Shown here one piece after another: positions 1-8,779 of a stretch of 16,132 nucleotides of DNA. Under the pieces are notes generated by a model. That model had not been told where the DNA came from. It made no database searches and saw only the letters and a program-made list of their open reading frames with translations. The translations under genes were made by a program, and so were the position numbers. Position 1 is the stretch's first letter, and each line of letters opens with the position of its first letter. Source of the stretch: Candidatus Hydrogenedentota bacterium (GTDB taxonomy: Bacteria; Hydrogenedentota; Hydrogenedentia; Hydrogenedentales; SLHB01); contig JAWXCN010000103.1 in assembly GCA_034408725.1 (NCBI GenBank), positions 1 through 16,132 on the forward strand. Reading direction: 5' to 3'.

Positions 1-785
<785 letters not shown>

Positions 786-1247
786 TCAGCTATGCAGCGT
801 GATTCGGGTAAGGACGATTTGTCCTTCGACATTGAAAATGGCGGCGCCACTGTCTGACGCAAATGCGTTCCACTCATCACCGAGTAACGCGGTTACGCGC
901 GGGACGCCAAGGTTGAACACGGGTTTGTCGCCCGCAATCTCCGTGAGCACATTTCCGCAGGTCACATTCAGCAATTCACCCAGCGCATCGTGCGCGGCGG
1001 CATTCGATGGAGTCTCGCCTGGTTCACTTCCCAGCAGGTTCGATGAAATTTCACGGCCAAGACTGGTGGAAATGGCCATCTCCAATGTCCCACTCCGCGC
1101 GCCGGTAAACGCGATCACCACGCACACGGAATCGCCGGGTGTCTTCCGGGCATGCAATGCGTCTGATTGGTCCGCAAACAGGAATGCCATTTCCTCGAGA
1201 ACTTTCGGAAAGACGGTCTCGAGTGCGCTCTTAGGATGGGCGTTCAT
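786..1247 (-). CDS. cheX: CheX/CheC-family CheY-P phosphatase
   Basis: ATG at 1247 with GGGAG upstream. Contains VIAFTGARSGTLEM and the E-x-x-N phosphatase motif DALGELLNVTCGN. Overlaps the 3' end of the upstream cheY. Confidence 0.8.
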   Translation of the reverse strand: MNAHPKSALETVFPKVLEEMAFLFADQSDALHARKTPGDSVCVVIAFTGARSGTLEMAISTSLGREISSNLLGSEPGETPSNAAAHDALGELLNVTCGNVLTEIAGDKPVFNLGVPRVTALLGDEWNAFASDSGAAIFNVEGQIVLTRITLHS

Positions 1248-1626
1248 CGGCAGCTCCCAGCAATTGCTCGACCACTTCACTCATTTTCTCAGGCGTAAAC
1301 GGTTTTCGAATGTATGCGCGGACACCCATCGCCTCAAGCTCGTTCATCCGCGTCGAGCTGCCCTCGGTGGACACCACTACCACCGGGATTCCCTTCATCG
1401 CGTCGTTCGCCTGCATGTGCTTGATCAGTTCAACGCCGATCATGACCGGCATGTTGATATCCGTCAGAACGAGATCAACCCACTTTTCCTGCAAAACCTG
1501 TAACGCTTCTTCGCCGTGCCCCGCCTCAAATATTTCGCTGACGTTGCCATTCGCAATGCGCATAGTCTTGACGATGATCGCGCGCACGGTTGCGGAATCA
1601 TCCACGACAAGAACGTTGAAGGACAT
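1231..1626 (-). CDS. cheY: CheY-like single-domain response regulator
   Basis: NVLVVDDSATVR, DLVLTDINMP (phospho-acceptor Asp), VVSTEG, YIRKPF. ATG at 1626 follows GGAG; an alternative GTG lies at 1635. Confidence 0.9.
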   Translation of the reverse strand: MSFNVLVVDDSATVRAIIVKTMRIANGNVSEIFEAGHGEEALQVLQEKWVDLVLTDINMPVMIGVELIKHMQANDAMKGIPVVVVSTEGSSTRMNELEAMGVRAYIRKPFTPEKMSEVVEQLLGAADERPS

Positions 1627-1643
1627 GGCTCGCACTCCACCCG

Positions 1644-2489
1644 TTAATTAAAGATTGCGCAAATTTCCTCGAGCGATCCCAGAACATCACCCGCTACCTG
1701 TTCCAAAATTTCCGGTGTCATCCGCAACCGCTCCAATGATTCGATGCAGACCGAGTAGTTCATTCCGTCCGTGGAAGATGATGTGCCGCAAATGCGCGCG
1801 ACATGTTCGCCGAGATGAACAAGATCGACCACCGTTTTGTCCGCGTGCGGATAGGCATTCGGCGCATGGTGCCAGCGCACGGCATCTACAACGGCTTGGG
1901 GCAGCTTCCAGAACCCCAACAGCGCGGCCCCTACCTCGGCATGGTCGGTGCCAAGAACCCGATGCTCGGCGAGTTCAAACGAAAGTTTCTCCCGGTATGC
2001 CATGAGCGTGATGGGAGCGGAATCAACTTCTAAAAACGAACCCATCACTATCTTCCCTAGATCGTGGAGCAACCCCGCGGTGTACGTCGCGTCGGGCACG
2101 CGCATGCTCATGCGCTTGGGCAAATACTCGACCGCCAGCGCGGTCGCGGCGCTGTGACGAAGCAGGCCATTGCGCGGCAGATCGTAGCCGCGAATCTCTT
2201 GTTGCGCGAGCGGAGCCACGGCCGAAGTCATCGCGATTTGGAACACCCGCTTGATGCCCAACCGGACAACGGCTTCGCGCACGCTATTGATCGGGCCGCC
2301 GGTGCCGAAGTACGCCGAGTTGGCCAAACGCAGCAAATTCGACACCAGACCCGGATCGTATTCGACGACTCGCTGGACGTCGGTCAGTTGCGTGTCGGTA
2401 TTTCCCACCAGTGTAAGCATCTGCGTCGCGGAGGCCGGCAGCGGCGGAATCGCGGGAATGCGCTCAAGAATTTCTTCGCGCTTGCTCAT
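1644..2489 (-). CDS. HDOD domain protein
   Basis: IPPLP, YDPGLVSNLLRLANSAYFG, SVREAVVRLG, YTAGLLHDLGK, DHAEVGAALLGFWKLP and VRWHH are typical HDOD motifs. Its ATG overlaps the cheD stop (ATGA). Confidence 0.92.
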   Translation of the reverse strand: MSKREEILERIPAIPPLPASATQMLTLVGNTDTQLTDVQRVVEYDPGLVSNLLRLANSAYFGTGGPINSVREAVVRLGIKRVFQIAMTSAVAPLAQQEIRGYDLPRNGLLRHSAATALAVEYLPKRMSMRVPDATYTAGLLHDLGKIVMGSFLEVDSAPITLMAYREKLSFELAEHRVLGTDHAEVGAALLGFWKLPQAVVDAVRWHHAPNAYPHADKTVVDLVHLGEHVARICGTSSSTDGMNYSVCIESLERLRMTPEILEQVAGDVLGSLEEICAIFN

Positions 2490-2962
2490 AGTTCCCGTTC
2501 CTTTCCACCCGTGCGGATCGTTGTCCTGCCGTTCGCGATTGTCAGAACCATCGTGCGCGCTATTGTGCCGCCCACATCTTCGGCGGCAATTAGGATTTCA
2601 TTTTTCCACAGCACCTTGCGCAATACGGTGTAATTGCGTTCTCCAATCTTGAACATTCCGTTGTCGTTCAAAGGCGACGCCGCGCCCGCCACTTTCGCAA
2701 CAAGCCGCTTGCGCGTGCCTCCCCTGTCAAGCACCGCCTGAATAAGAGACGGGATTCCGGTATCGGTGAACATATGCGGGTTCTGTTTCGCTTTATCGGG
2801 ATCCAATCGCGATAGCGGCAGCATGCAGTGAATCAGCCCGCCGACCCCGGCATCGGGATCGAACAATGCCACGCCGATACATGAGCCAAGTGAATACGTA
2901 ACGAGCGTATCTTCGGCGCTCCGGGAGACACGCATCTCGGATATTCCGACGGTCAGTTGCAC
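2486..2962 (-). CDS. cheD: Chemoreceptor glutamine deamidase CheD (copy 1)
   Basis: TYSLGSCIGV (catalytic Cys), GGLIHCMLP (His), AKVAGAA, IGERN, AEDVGG. The GTG at 2962 (MQLTVGISEM) has an AGGAG upstream and is preferred over the ORF-track start at 2995. Confidence 0.93.
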   Translation of the reverse strand: MQLTVGISEMRVSRSAEDTLVTYSLGSCIGVALFDPDAGVGGLIHCMLPLSRLDPDKAKQNPHMFTDTGIPSLIQAVLDRGGTRKRLVAKVAGAASPLNDNGMFKIGERNYTVLRKVLWKNEILIAAEDVGGTIARTMVLTIANGRTTIRTGGKEREL

Positions 2963-3014
2963 CGCTGGTGCTCCTCGTGCGCTATGGTGGTCCACAATTT
3001 AATCTCATGCTTCC

Positions 3015-3815
3015 TTATTTCACGTACACCGATGGACGAATACCCTTGAATCCGTTGGTCACGCCGGTCAGGCTCTCCGCATGGCCAACCATCAGGTATC
3101 CACCGGGCCTTAACAAGCGATGGATTTCCGCGACAAGCCGCTGCCGCGTAGGATTGTCAAAGTAGATCATCACGTTACGGCAAAACACCACGTCAAACGG
3201 TCCCTGCATCGGAAACGGCGGCGTGGACAGATTGAGCCGGCGGAACACTAGCCCTGCGCGCAACGTGGCGTTCACGGCAAACGCCGGCGAACCGTTGCGG
3301 GTAGTTTTTTCAAAATACTTTCGCCGGTATACAGGGTCCACCGCGCTGATCTGTTGCGGCGTGTACACGCCTTCCTTGCAGCGTTGCAACACGCGACTCG
3401 AAATATCGGTCGCAAGGGCTTTCCAGTCCACCGCTCCCACTCCCAGCGTTTCCGCGGCCGTGATTCCAATCGTGAAAGGCTCTTCGCCCGTTGACGCCGC
3501 CGCGCACCAAATGCGAAAGCGGGCTTGGCCCGTGGCTTTCCATTTCTTCAACAATCCCGCGAGCAGATCGAAATGCTCCGGCTCGCGATAGAAACTCGTG
3601 ACGTTTGTCGAAATGGAATCGATGAGTTCGGTCAGTTCCTCGCCGGAACCATCGCGCACGACAGCGTCGTAATATGCTTCGTAGCGATCGAGCTTCAGCG
3701 TGCGCATGCGCTTGGCTATGCGCGCGGACACGAGCGTTTCCTTCTGATCGCCAAGGGCAATCCCGCTCTTGGCGTATACGAGTTGGCGAAACCGTTCAAA
3801 CGTGCGCTGTTCCAT
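3015..3815 (-). CDS. cheR: Chemotaxis protein methyltransferase CheR
   Basis: STNVTSFYREPEHF, RIWCAAASTGEEPFT, ATDIS, FDVVFCRNVMIYFD, LRPGGYLMVGHAESL. Confidence 0.96.
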   Translation of the reverse strand: MEQRTFERFRQLVYAKSGIALGDQKETLVSARIAKRMRTLKLDRYEAYYDAVVRDGSGEELTELIDSISTNVTSFYREPEHFDLLAGLLKKWKATGQARFRIWCAAASTGEEPFTIGITAAETLGVGAVDWKALATDISSRVLQRCKEGVYTPQQISAVDPVYRRKYFEKTTRNGSPAFAVNATLRAGLVFRRLNLSTPPFPMQGPFDVVFCRNVMIYFDNPTRQRLVAEIHRLLRPGGYLMVGHAESLTGVTNGFKGIRPSVYVK

Positions 3816-3840
3816 CGCCAGACCTCACGCAACACGGGGG

Positions 3841-4326
3841 CTAGGCATACCAGTCCCCCGCCCGAACGTTCATCGTTTTAAGCACGGCCAGCTCGCCCGT
3901 AGAAGTGTCAAACGCTATCTTGCGTCCAATCGGACCGCCGCTGTCTTCTGCGATGACAACGATTCGTTTGCGCCGCAACGCTTCTCGCGCGGCCGCGATA
4001 TTCTGATCGCCAAGCGTCGGCGCCGCTTCACCTTCCGGCGCGCCCCCACCAAGCACGTGCGCAATGAGATTGGTGCGCTTGCAACCCGCCTCTTCCATCA
4101 TTTTCAACAGCGCGGCAATGCCTACGTTTCCATACACCGGCGTCGCATCTTCACGGGCACGGGTCTTCGGCTTGATAAAATGATGCATGCCGCCGCACTT
4201 GTCCGATTTGTCCCAAAGACAAACCGCGACGCAACTCCCAACCACGGCCTGAAGCGTCATCGCCTTCCGGCTGAAAAAAACGAAGCCGGGTTCGACGTGA
4301 TATGGTTTCCGCCGGGTCAAACGCAT
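3841..4326 (-). CDS. cheD: Chemoreceptor glutamine deamidase CheD (copy 2)
   Basis: ATG at 4326 with GGAGGA upstream. HVEPG, VVGSCVAVCLWD, GGMHHF, YGNV, AHVLGGG, LGDQN, AEDSGGPIGRKIAFDTSTGE. Confidence 0.88.
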   Translation of the reverse strand: MRLTRRKPYHVEPGFVFFSRKAMTLQAVVGSCVAVCLWDKSDKCGGMHHFIKPKTRAREDATPVYGNVGIAALLKMMEEAGCKRTNLIAHVLGGGAPEGEAAPTLGDQNIAAAREALRRKRIVVIAEDSGGPIGRKIAFDTSTGELAVLKTMNVRAGDWYA

Positions 4327-4363
4327 CTGCCGTATCCTCCACGGACTACCTCTACAGCCTTTC

Positions 4364-4729
4364 TCACGACGCTTTGGCGAGCACTTCTTGAATCTTCGAA
4401 ACGATGGTATTGGGCTCAAACGGCTTGATGATGTAATTGTTGGCCCCCGCCTTGAGGGCATCCATGACGCGGCCCTTCTCGGCTTCGGTGGTCACCATAA
4501 TGATCGGCATTGTCTTTCCGCTGGCGCGAATCGCGCGCACTGCGTCAATGCCCAGCATGTTGGGCATGTTCCAATCCATCAACACGAGGTTATATTCCGC
4601 CGCAAGCACCGCGTCAACCGCCTCCTTGCCGTCAGCCGCCTGGTCAACATCTGTAATATTCGCGCGGCCCAAGGCGCCGATCAGCACTTTGCGCATGACG
4701 CCTGAATCATCGACAACGAGTGCTTTCAT
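4364..4729 (-). CDS. cheY: CheY-like single-domain response regulator
   Basis: ATG at 4729 after GAGGGGGAG. MKALVVDDS, LVLMDWNMP, IIMVTTEAE, AGANNYIIKPF. Confidence 0.93.
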   Translation of the reverse strand: MKALVVDDSGVMRKVLIGALGRANITDVDQAADGKEAVDAVLAAEYNLVLMDWNMPNMLGIDAVRAIRASGKTMPIIMVTTEAEKGRVMDALKAGANNYIIKPFEPNTIVSKIQEVLAKAS

Positions 4730-4740
4730 CGCTCCCCCTC

Positions 4741-5214
4741 CTACTGTGGGACGGTTTCGAAAGTAACACGAAGGTTGAAATCGCCCAGATCGCTCGTGAA
4801 TGGCACCTCCAGCCACACCGCCTTCGACGGATACTGCACGTCGTATTTGTCACCGTATACGACGGTGGGCAAACTGAGATCCAAGGGCCGGCTCGCATCG
4901 GTGTTGAGCTTCGCTTTCGCGCTCCCCGCAACGATGTTTACGATTTCCGCGACGCCATCGGAAACCGTTTCGTCGATCACCGTGACAGGCGTTCCGAGAA
5001 TCCGTCCAACCATGGACAACGCCGTGATGGCGGGAAAACCAATCGCGATTGTGCCGCGCGTCGGCCCGCTGATTCCAATGATCGCCATGATGTCCCGCGG
5101 CGAATCGTTTCCAGACGACACACCGATCGGCCCACGCTCAACCTTGCCTTGCAACATCGTGTTGAACAATTCGTAAACCGACTCAATAAATGGATTGATA
5201 TGTTCCGCGCGCAT
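4741..5214 (-). CDS. cheX: CheY-P phosphatase CheX
   Basis: MRAEHINPFIES N-terminus, AIIGISG, E-x-x-N motif DGVAEIVNIVAG, LSLPTVV, VPF. Confidence 0.9.
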   Translation of the reverse strand: MRAEHINPFIESVYELFNTMLQGKVERGPIGVSSGNDSPRDIMAIIGISGPTRGTIAIGFPAITALSMVGRILGTPVTVIDETVSDGVAEIVNIVAGSAKAKLNTDASRPLDLSLPTVVYGDKYDVQYPSKAVWLEVPFTSDLGDFNLRVTFETVPQ

Positions 5215-5241
5215 TCACCCTCCGTCCAAGCCCGGGTTTCC

Positions 5242-5763
5242 TCAAGATGCAATTGTTTGGTCTACGGCGCTCAGCTCTCCCCACGACAACACACGGTCCA
5301 CGTCGAGCAGAACGACCACTTTCGCGCCGGCCTTGCCAATCCCCAAAATAAATTCTGTATTTACGCCATTTCCAAAGGATGGGGCCGGTTCAAGCTGATC
5401 GGCGGTAATGGCAAGCACTTCGGCGACTTCGTCCACGATAATTCCGAGCGTAACATTCTTCGCGGAACTTGCAACCTGAACAACAATAATACAGGTCATG
5501 TTCGTATCCGCCCGCTGCTCCATTTCAAACTTGGTGCGCAACTCGACCACGGGGATGACTTTGCCCCGAAGATTGATGACGCCGCGGACGTAGTGCGGCG
5601 TGCGCGGCACCTTGGTGACCGGCATAAGGCCGATGATCTCCTGCACTTTCAGTATCGCAAGTCCATATATTTCCGCGCCAAGCAAGAACGTCAGGTACTG
5701 GCCCGCCCTGCTCGCCAATGAAACCTCGCCGTCTAGTACTGATTCAACCATTGCGTTGCCCAT
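5242..5763 (-). CDS. cheW: Chemotaxis coupling protein CheW
   Basis: QYLTFLLGAEIYGLAILKVQEII, TKVPRTPHYVRGVINLRGKVIPVV, LGIIVDEVAEV, FILGIGK. The start is uncertain (in-frame ATG at 5808 or 5763). Confidence 0.94.
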   Translation of the reverse strand: MGNAMVESVLDGEVSLASRAGQYLTFLLGAEIYGLAILKVQEIIGLMPVTKVPRTPHYVRGVINLRGKVIPVVELRTKFEMEQRADTNMTCIIVVQVASSAKNVTLGIIVDEVAEVLAITADQLEPAPSFGNGVNTEFILGIGKAGAKVVVLLDVDRVLSWGELSAVDQTIAS

Positions 5764-5825
5764 CTGTCCATCCTTCGCTTCCGCCGCGCGTTGTAGCGCA
5801 CGGCCCATGAAAGTATTCGTTCCGG

Positions 5826-8566
5826 TTATGCGGCCGAAGATTGATTCCCATAGCCGGGACCGACATCCCCTATCAGTCGCGCGATTCCGTTCACGTCGAT
5901 GATTAAACCGACCGTGCCATCCGGCATTATCGCGGCGCCTGCCACACCTTCCAATCCTCTCATCGAATCTCCGAGAGACTTGATCACAATCTGCTGCTGG
6001 CCAAGCAATTCGTCCACCAACAAGCCGACACGCCGGCCTTCGTTTTCCAAAATAAGCACAATCGCGTTCAGCGGGTCTTTCTCGGCGTTCACGATATCGA
6101 ATATCGTGTGAAGCCGGAACAAGGGAAACATGTCGTTCTGAACAACAAGCAGTTCACCGCGCGACGCAATGGTCACTATATTGCTCGCCATTGGCTTGAT
6201 AGATCGGATAATTGAAAGTGTGGGAACAATGTAGCGTTCGTTTCCAACGCGTACGACCATTCCGTCGATAATCGCCAGCGTGAGCGGTAGCCGAATCGAA
6301 AACAGACTCCCTTTTCCCAACTCGCTCTGAATATCGATTTGGCCACGCAACCCTTCGATATTACGGCGGACGACGTCCATGCCAACGCCCCGCCCGGAAA
6401 TATCGGTAACCTGTTTGGCCGTCGAGAATCCGGGCTCAAACACGAGGTTGTATATCTCTCGATCGCTTAGAGACTCGCCTTCGCGCACCAATCCGCGCTC
6501 GCGCGCCTTCGCAAGGATCACGTCCCGGTTCAGCCCGCGGCCGTCGTCCTGAATCTCAATGTAGATGCTGCCGCCCTTGTGCAGCGCCCGCAAAGTGACT
6601 CGGCCAGCCTCGGCCTTCCCCGCCGCCGTTCGCGCTTCCGGGCTGGCTTCCAATCCATGATCAATGGCGTTCCGCACCATGTGGATAAGTGGATCGCCAA
6701 TCTGATCGACCACCGTTTTGTCGAGCTCGGTGTCCTCGCCCTCGGTAATGAACTCGACTTTTTTGCCGGTCTTTTTGGCCAAATCACGCACGATGCGGGA
6801 CATCTTCTGGAACGTCGCACGGATGGGCACCATGCGCAATGATGTGCCCATCTCCTGCAATTCGCGCGTGATCTTGTCCAGTTGGTTAAATTGGCGAACT
6901 AGTTTTTGCGACGCGCCTTTCAATTCAACCGACTGCGACACCATCGATTCCGCGATAACAAGCTCGCCAATCAAATCAATCAATTGGTCGAGGCGTTCTG
7001 CGTCCACCTTAATGGCGTCGCGCGCTTCGGTTGTTCCGGGTTTCGCCTGCTGGACACGCAACGCCCGGGCAACGTCCTTTGCCGCCACTTCGCCCGAGCG
7101 AACAAGTATTGTTCCCAACCGCTCGCCCGCCGGTTCTTGCTGTAGGGAAACCACACGATTGATGTCTTCCCACGTCGCGGCGCCCAACGACACGAGTATT
7201 TCGCCAAGTTTTCGTGCGCCCCCATCCTGTGCCTGTACGGCCAAGGCTTGGTCCAACTGGGAACGCGTAATAATGATTTCACTGATGAGTTGCTCGCCGA
7301 GCAACGAGGGCTCGTGCGTGTGCTGCGATTCCAGTGCCGCCATCACTGCCGACCGTCGCGCCAGTCCTCCATCAACAAGTATTTCGCCAATGCGTTTTCC
7401 CGATGCCTGCACATCAAGCGCGGAACCAGGCTGTTGTGAAAGCGTCCCATTCGCCACGTTCTGGAGCCGGCGAACGAGATTCTCCAACCCTTCTTCGCAC
7501 TGCATCGGCTCGTTCTTGGACAACGCGCGTTCCACGCGCTGGATCAGCCGCTTCATTGTGTCCACTGCTTCGAAGACAAGATCAACATAATTGCCCGCAA
7601 GTTCGAGTTCACCCTTGCGCGCAAGGTCTAACACGTTCTCCGATTCGTGCGCGAGCGCCTGGATTTCATCCAGCGCAAGGAAACCGGCCACACCCTTAAT
7701 CGTATGAAACGCGCGGAACACCGCGTTGATCGAGTCTGCGTCTCTTGGGCGCATCTCGATAGTGAGGATATGGACGTCCGCGTTATGAAGGTGCTCGAGC
7801 GCTTCCGCAATAAATTCGCGTAAAAGTTCCGGATCGCCTTCCAGCACCGTGGCAGCACGCGCCGGCGAACCTTCGCCAACGCGCGCAAGGCTTCCAGCAA
7901 CGCATCGATTTCGCGCAAAGATGCGCCGCATCCATCGGGCGGCTCGACTGTCCGTCGCAACCAATCAAATGCGCTCCCGAATACCACCGGCAAAACGAAA
8001 CCTTCGATTCGGCCCAGCGCCTCGTGGGCGGCGTGCGCCAACGCAGACGCCTCGTTCAGGCCCGCGGATGCCGCTTCGCGCTGAACCGAATCCAAAGACT
8101 GGCGCAGCGCGTTCAACGTTATTTCGCCCGGCGCATGTTCATACGTATCAAACTGTGTGCATAACTCGCCCAACAACCTACTGACTTCGCCTGTGTTGCG
8201 CTTCACCGCCGCATCGGCTGTGATGACGTGACCTTGCGGCCCTTGCAGCTCGACCGGGAAATGCACCTCGTCAAACGTTCTAGCATCCCGGACAAGCATC
8301 TGAAACGCGCACAAACCGCGGGCCACAATATCAATGGATGCTGTGGGATTCTCCACCTCGTTGAGAATGATTTTCTCAAGAAGTCCGGCAATCGCGAAAA
8401 GGGCGCTGGACGCCTGCGCCAAACCTTCAGCCTGGGCCCATGTTCCCATTTCTGTAACGCCAGTATGAATATGGGCAAGGACATCAACGTCGGAAGGCTG
8501 GGCCATCATCAGGTTTTCTGAATGCAACTCAATGCGCGAAAGTACGGTTGACCGATCCATGGTCAC
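5826..8566 (-). CDS. cheA: Chemotaxis histidine kinase CheA, about 913 aa if joined across a 1-nt frameshift near 7875; atypical N-terminal and P2 regions
   Basis: Hpt motif VFRAFHTIKGVAG, dimerisation IKVDAERLDQLIDLIGELVI, kinase boxes HMVRNAIDHG, DDGRG, FEPGFSTA and GRGVGMDVV, and a C-terminal CheW-like domain. ORF 7628..8566 has an RBS (GGGGGA, 7 nt before GTG) and reads protein-like to LEALRALA; ORF 5826..7964 becomes protein-like at EGSPARAATVLEGDPELL. Confidence 0.92.
7050..7394 (-). repeat. Four tandem 24-aa MshEN-like motifs inside CheA
   Basis: RIGEILVDGGLARRSAVMAALESQ / LLGEQLISEIIITRSQLDQALAVQ / KLGEILVSLGAATWEDINRVVSLQ / RLGTILVRSGEVAAKDVARALRVQ, with linkers of 6, 7 and 6 aa. 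Compare the MshEN consensus RLGxx(L/V/I)(L/V/I)xxG(L/V/I)(L/V/I)xxxxLxxxLxxQ. Confidence 0.82.
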
Positions 8567-8644
8567 AATTGAATCCCCCAGAGCTGGAAAATTATTTACA
8601 TTAACTGCGTTAACGATAATAATACTTATTTTCCCTGAAGCTCT

Positions 8645-8673
8645 AGGGTAACATGCGGGATATACGGTGTCAA
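8645..8673 (-). promoter_or_regulatory. Sigma70-type promoter of the che operon
   Basis: Perfect TTGACA (8673-8668), 17-nt spacer, then TGn-TACCCT extended -10 (8650-8645), in an AT-rich intergenic region about 80 nt upstream of cheA. Confidence 0.7.
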
Positions 8674-8712
8674 CAGATAATTTACATTACCTATTTTCTT
8701 TCCCAAGAAATG

Positions 8713-8757
8713 AGAAATGTCCCGCACGGCATTAACGCTGCCGTACCGGACATTTCT
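8713..8757 (-). terminator. Long inverted repeat, probable terminator downstream of the TlpA gene
   Basis: Arms agaaatgtcccgcacggca / tgccgtaccggacatttct pair at 17 of 19 positions around a 7-nt loop. It starts 22 nt after the stop at 8780 and has a pyrimidine-rich tail on the minus strand. Confidence 0.6.
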
Positions 8758-8779
8758 GAAAGTGGTTTTTCGTGAGGAA

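Noticed and set aside
2982-3008. 8-codon mini-ORF (MRLNCGPP) between cheR and cheD
   Set aside because: The SD-like AAGGA is only 3 nt from the ATG and nothing else supports translation.
7628-7870. C-terminal tail of ORF 7628..8566 as a real overlapping protein
   Set aside because: The sequence after LRALAK is Arg/Ser-rich and out of frame over the CheA Hpt domain. A frameshift explains it better.
8601-8613. CtrA box (TTAA-N7-TTAA)
   Set aside because: The spacing here is N5, not N7.
8567-8645. c-di-GMP riboswitch in the cheA leader
   Set aside because: The leader is short and AT-rich, with no GEMM-type two-hairpin structure or GNRA tetraloop/receptor visible.
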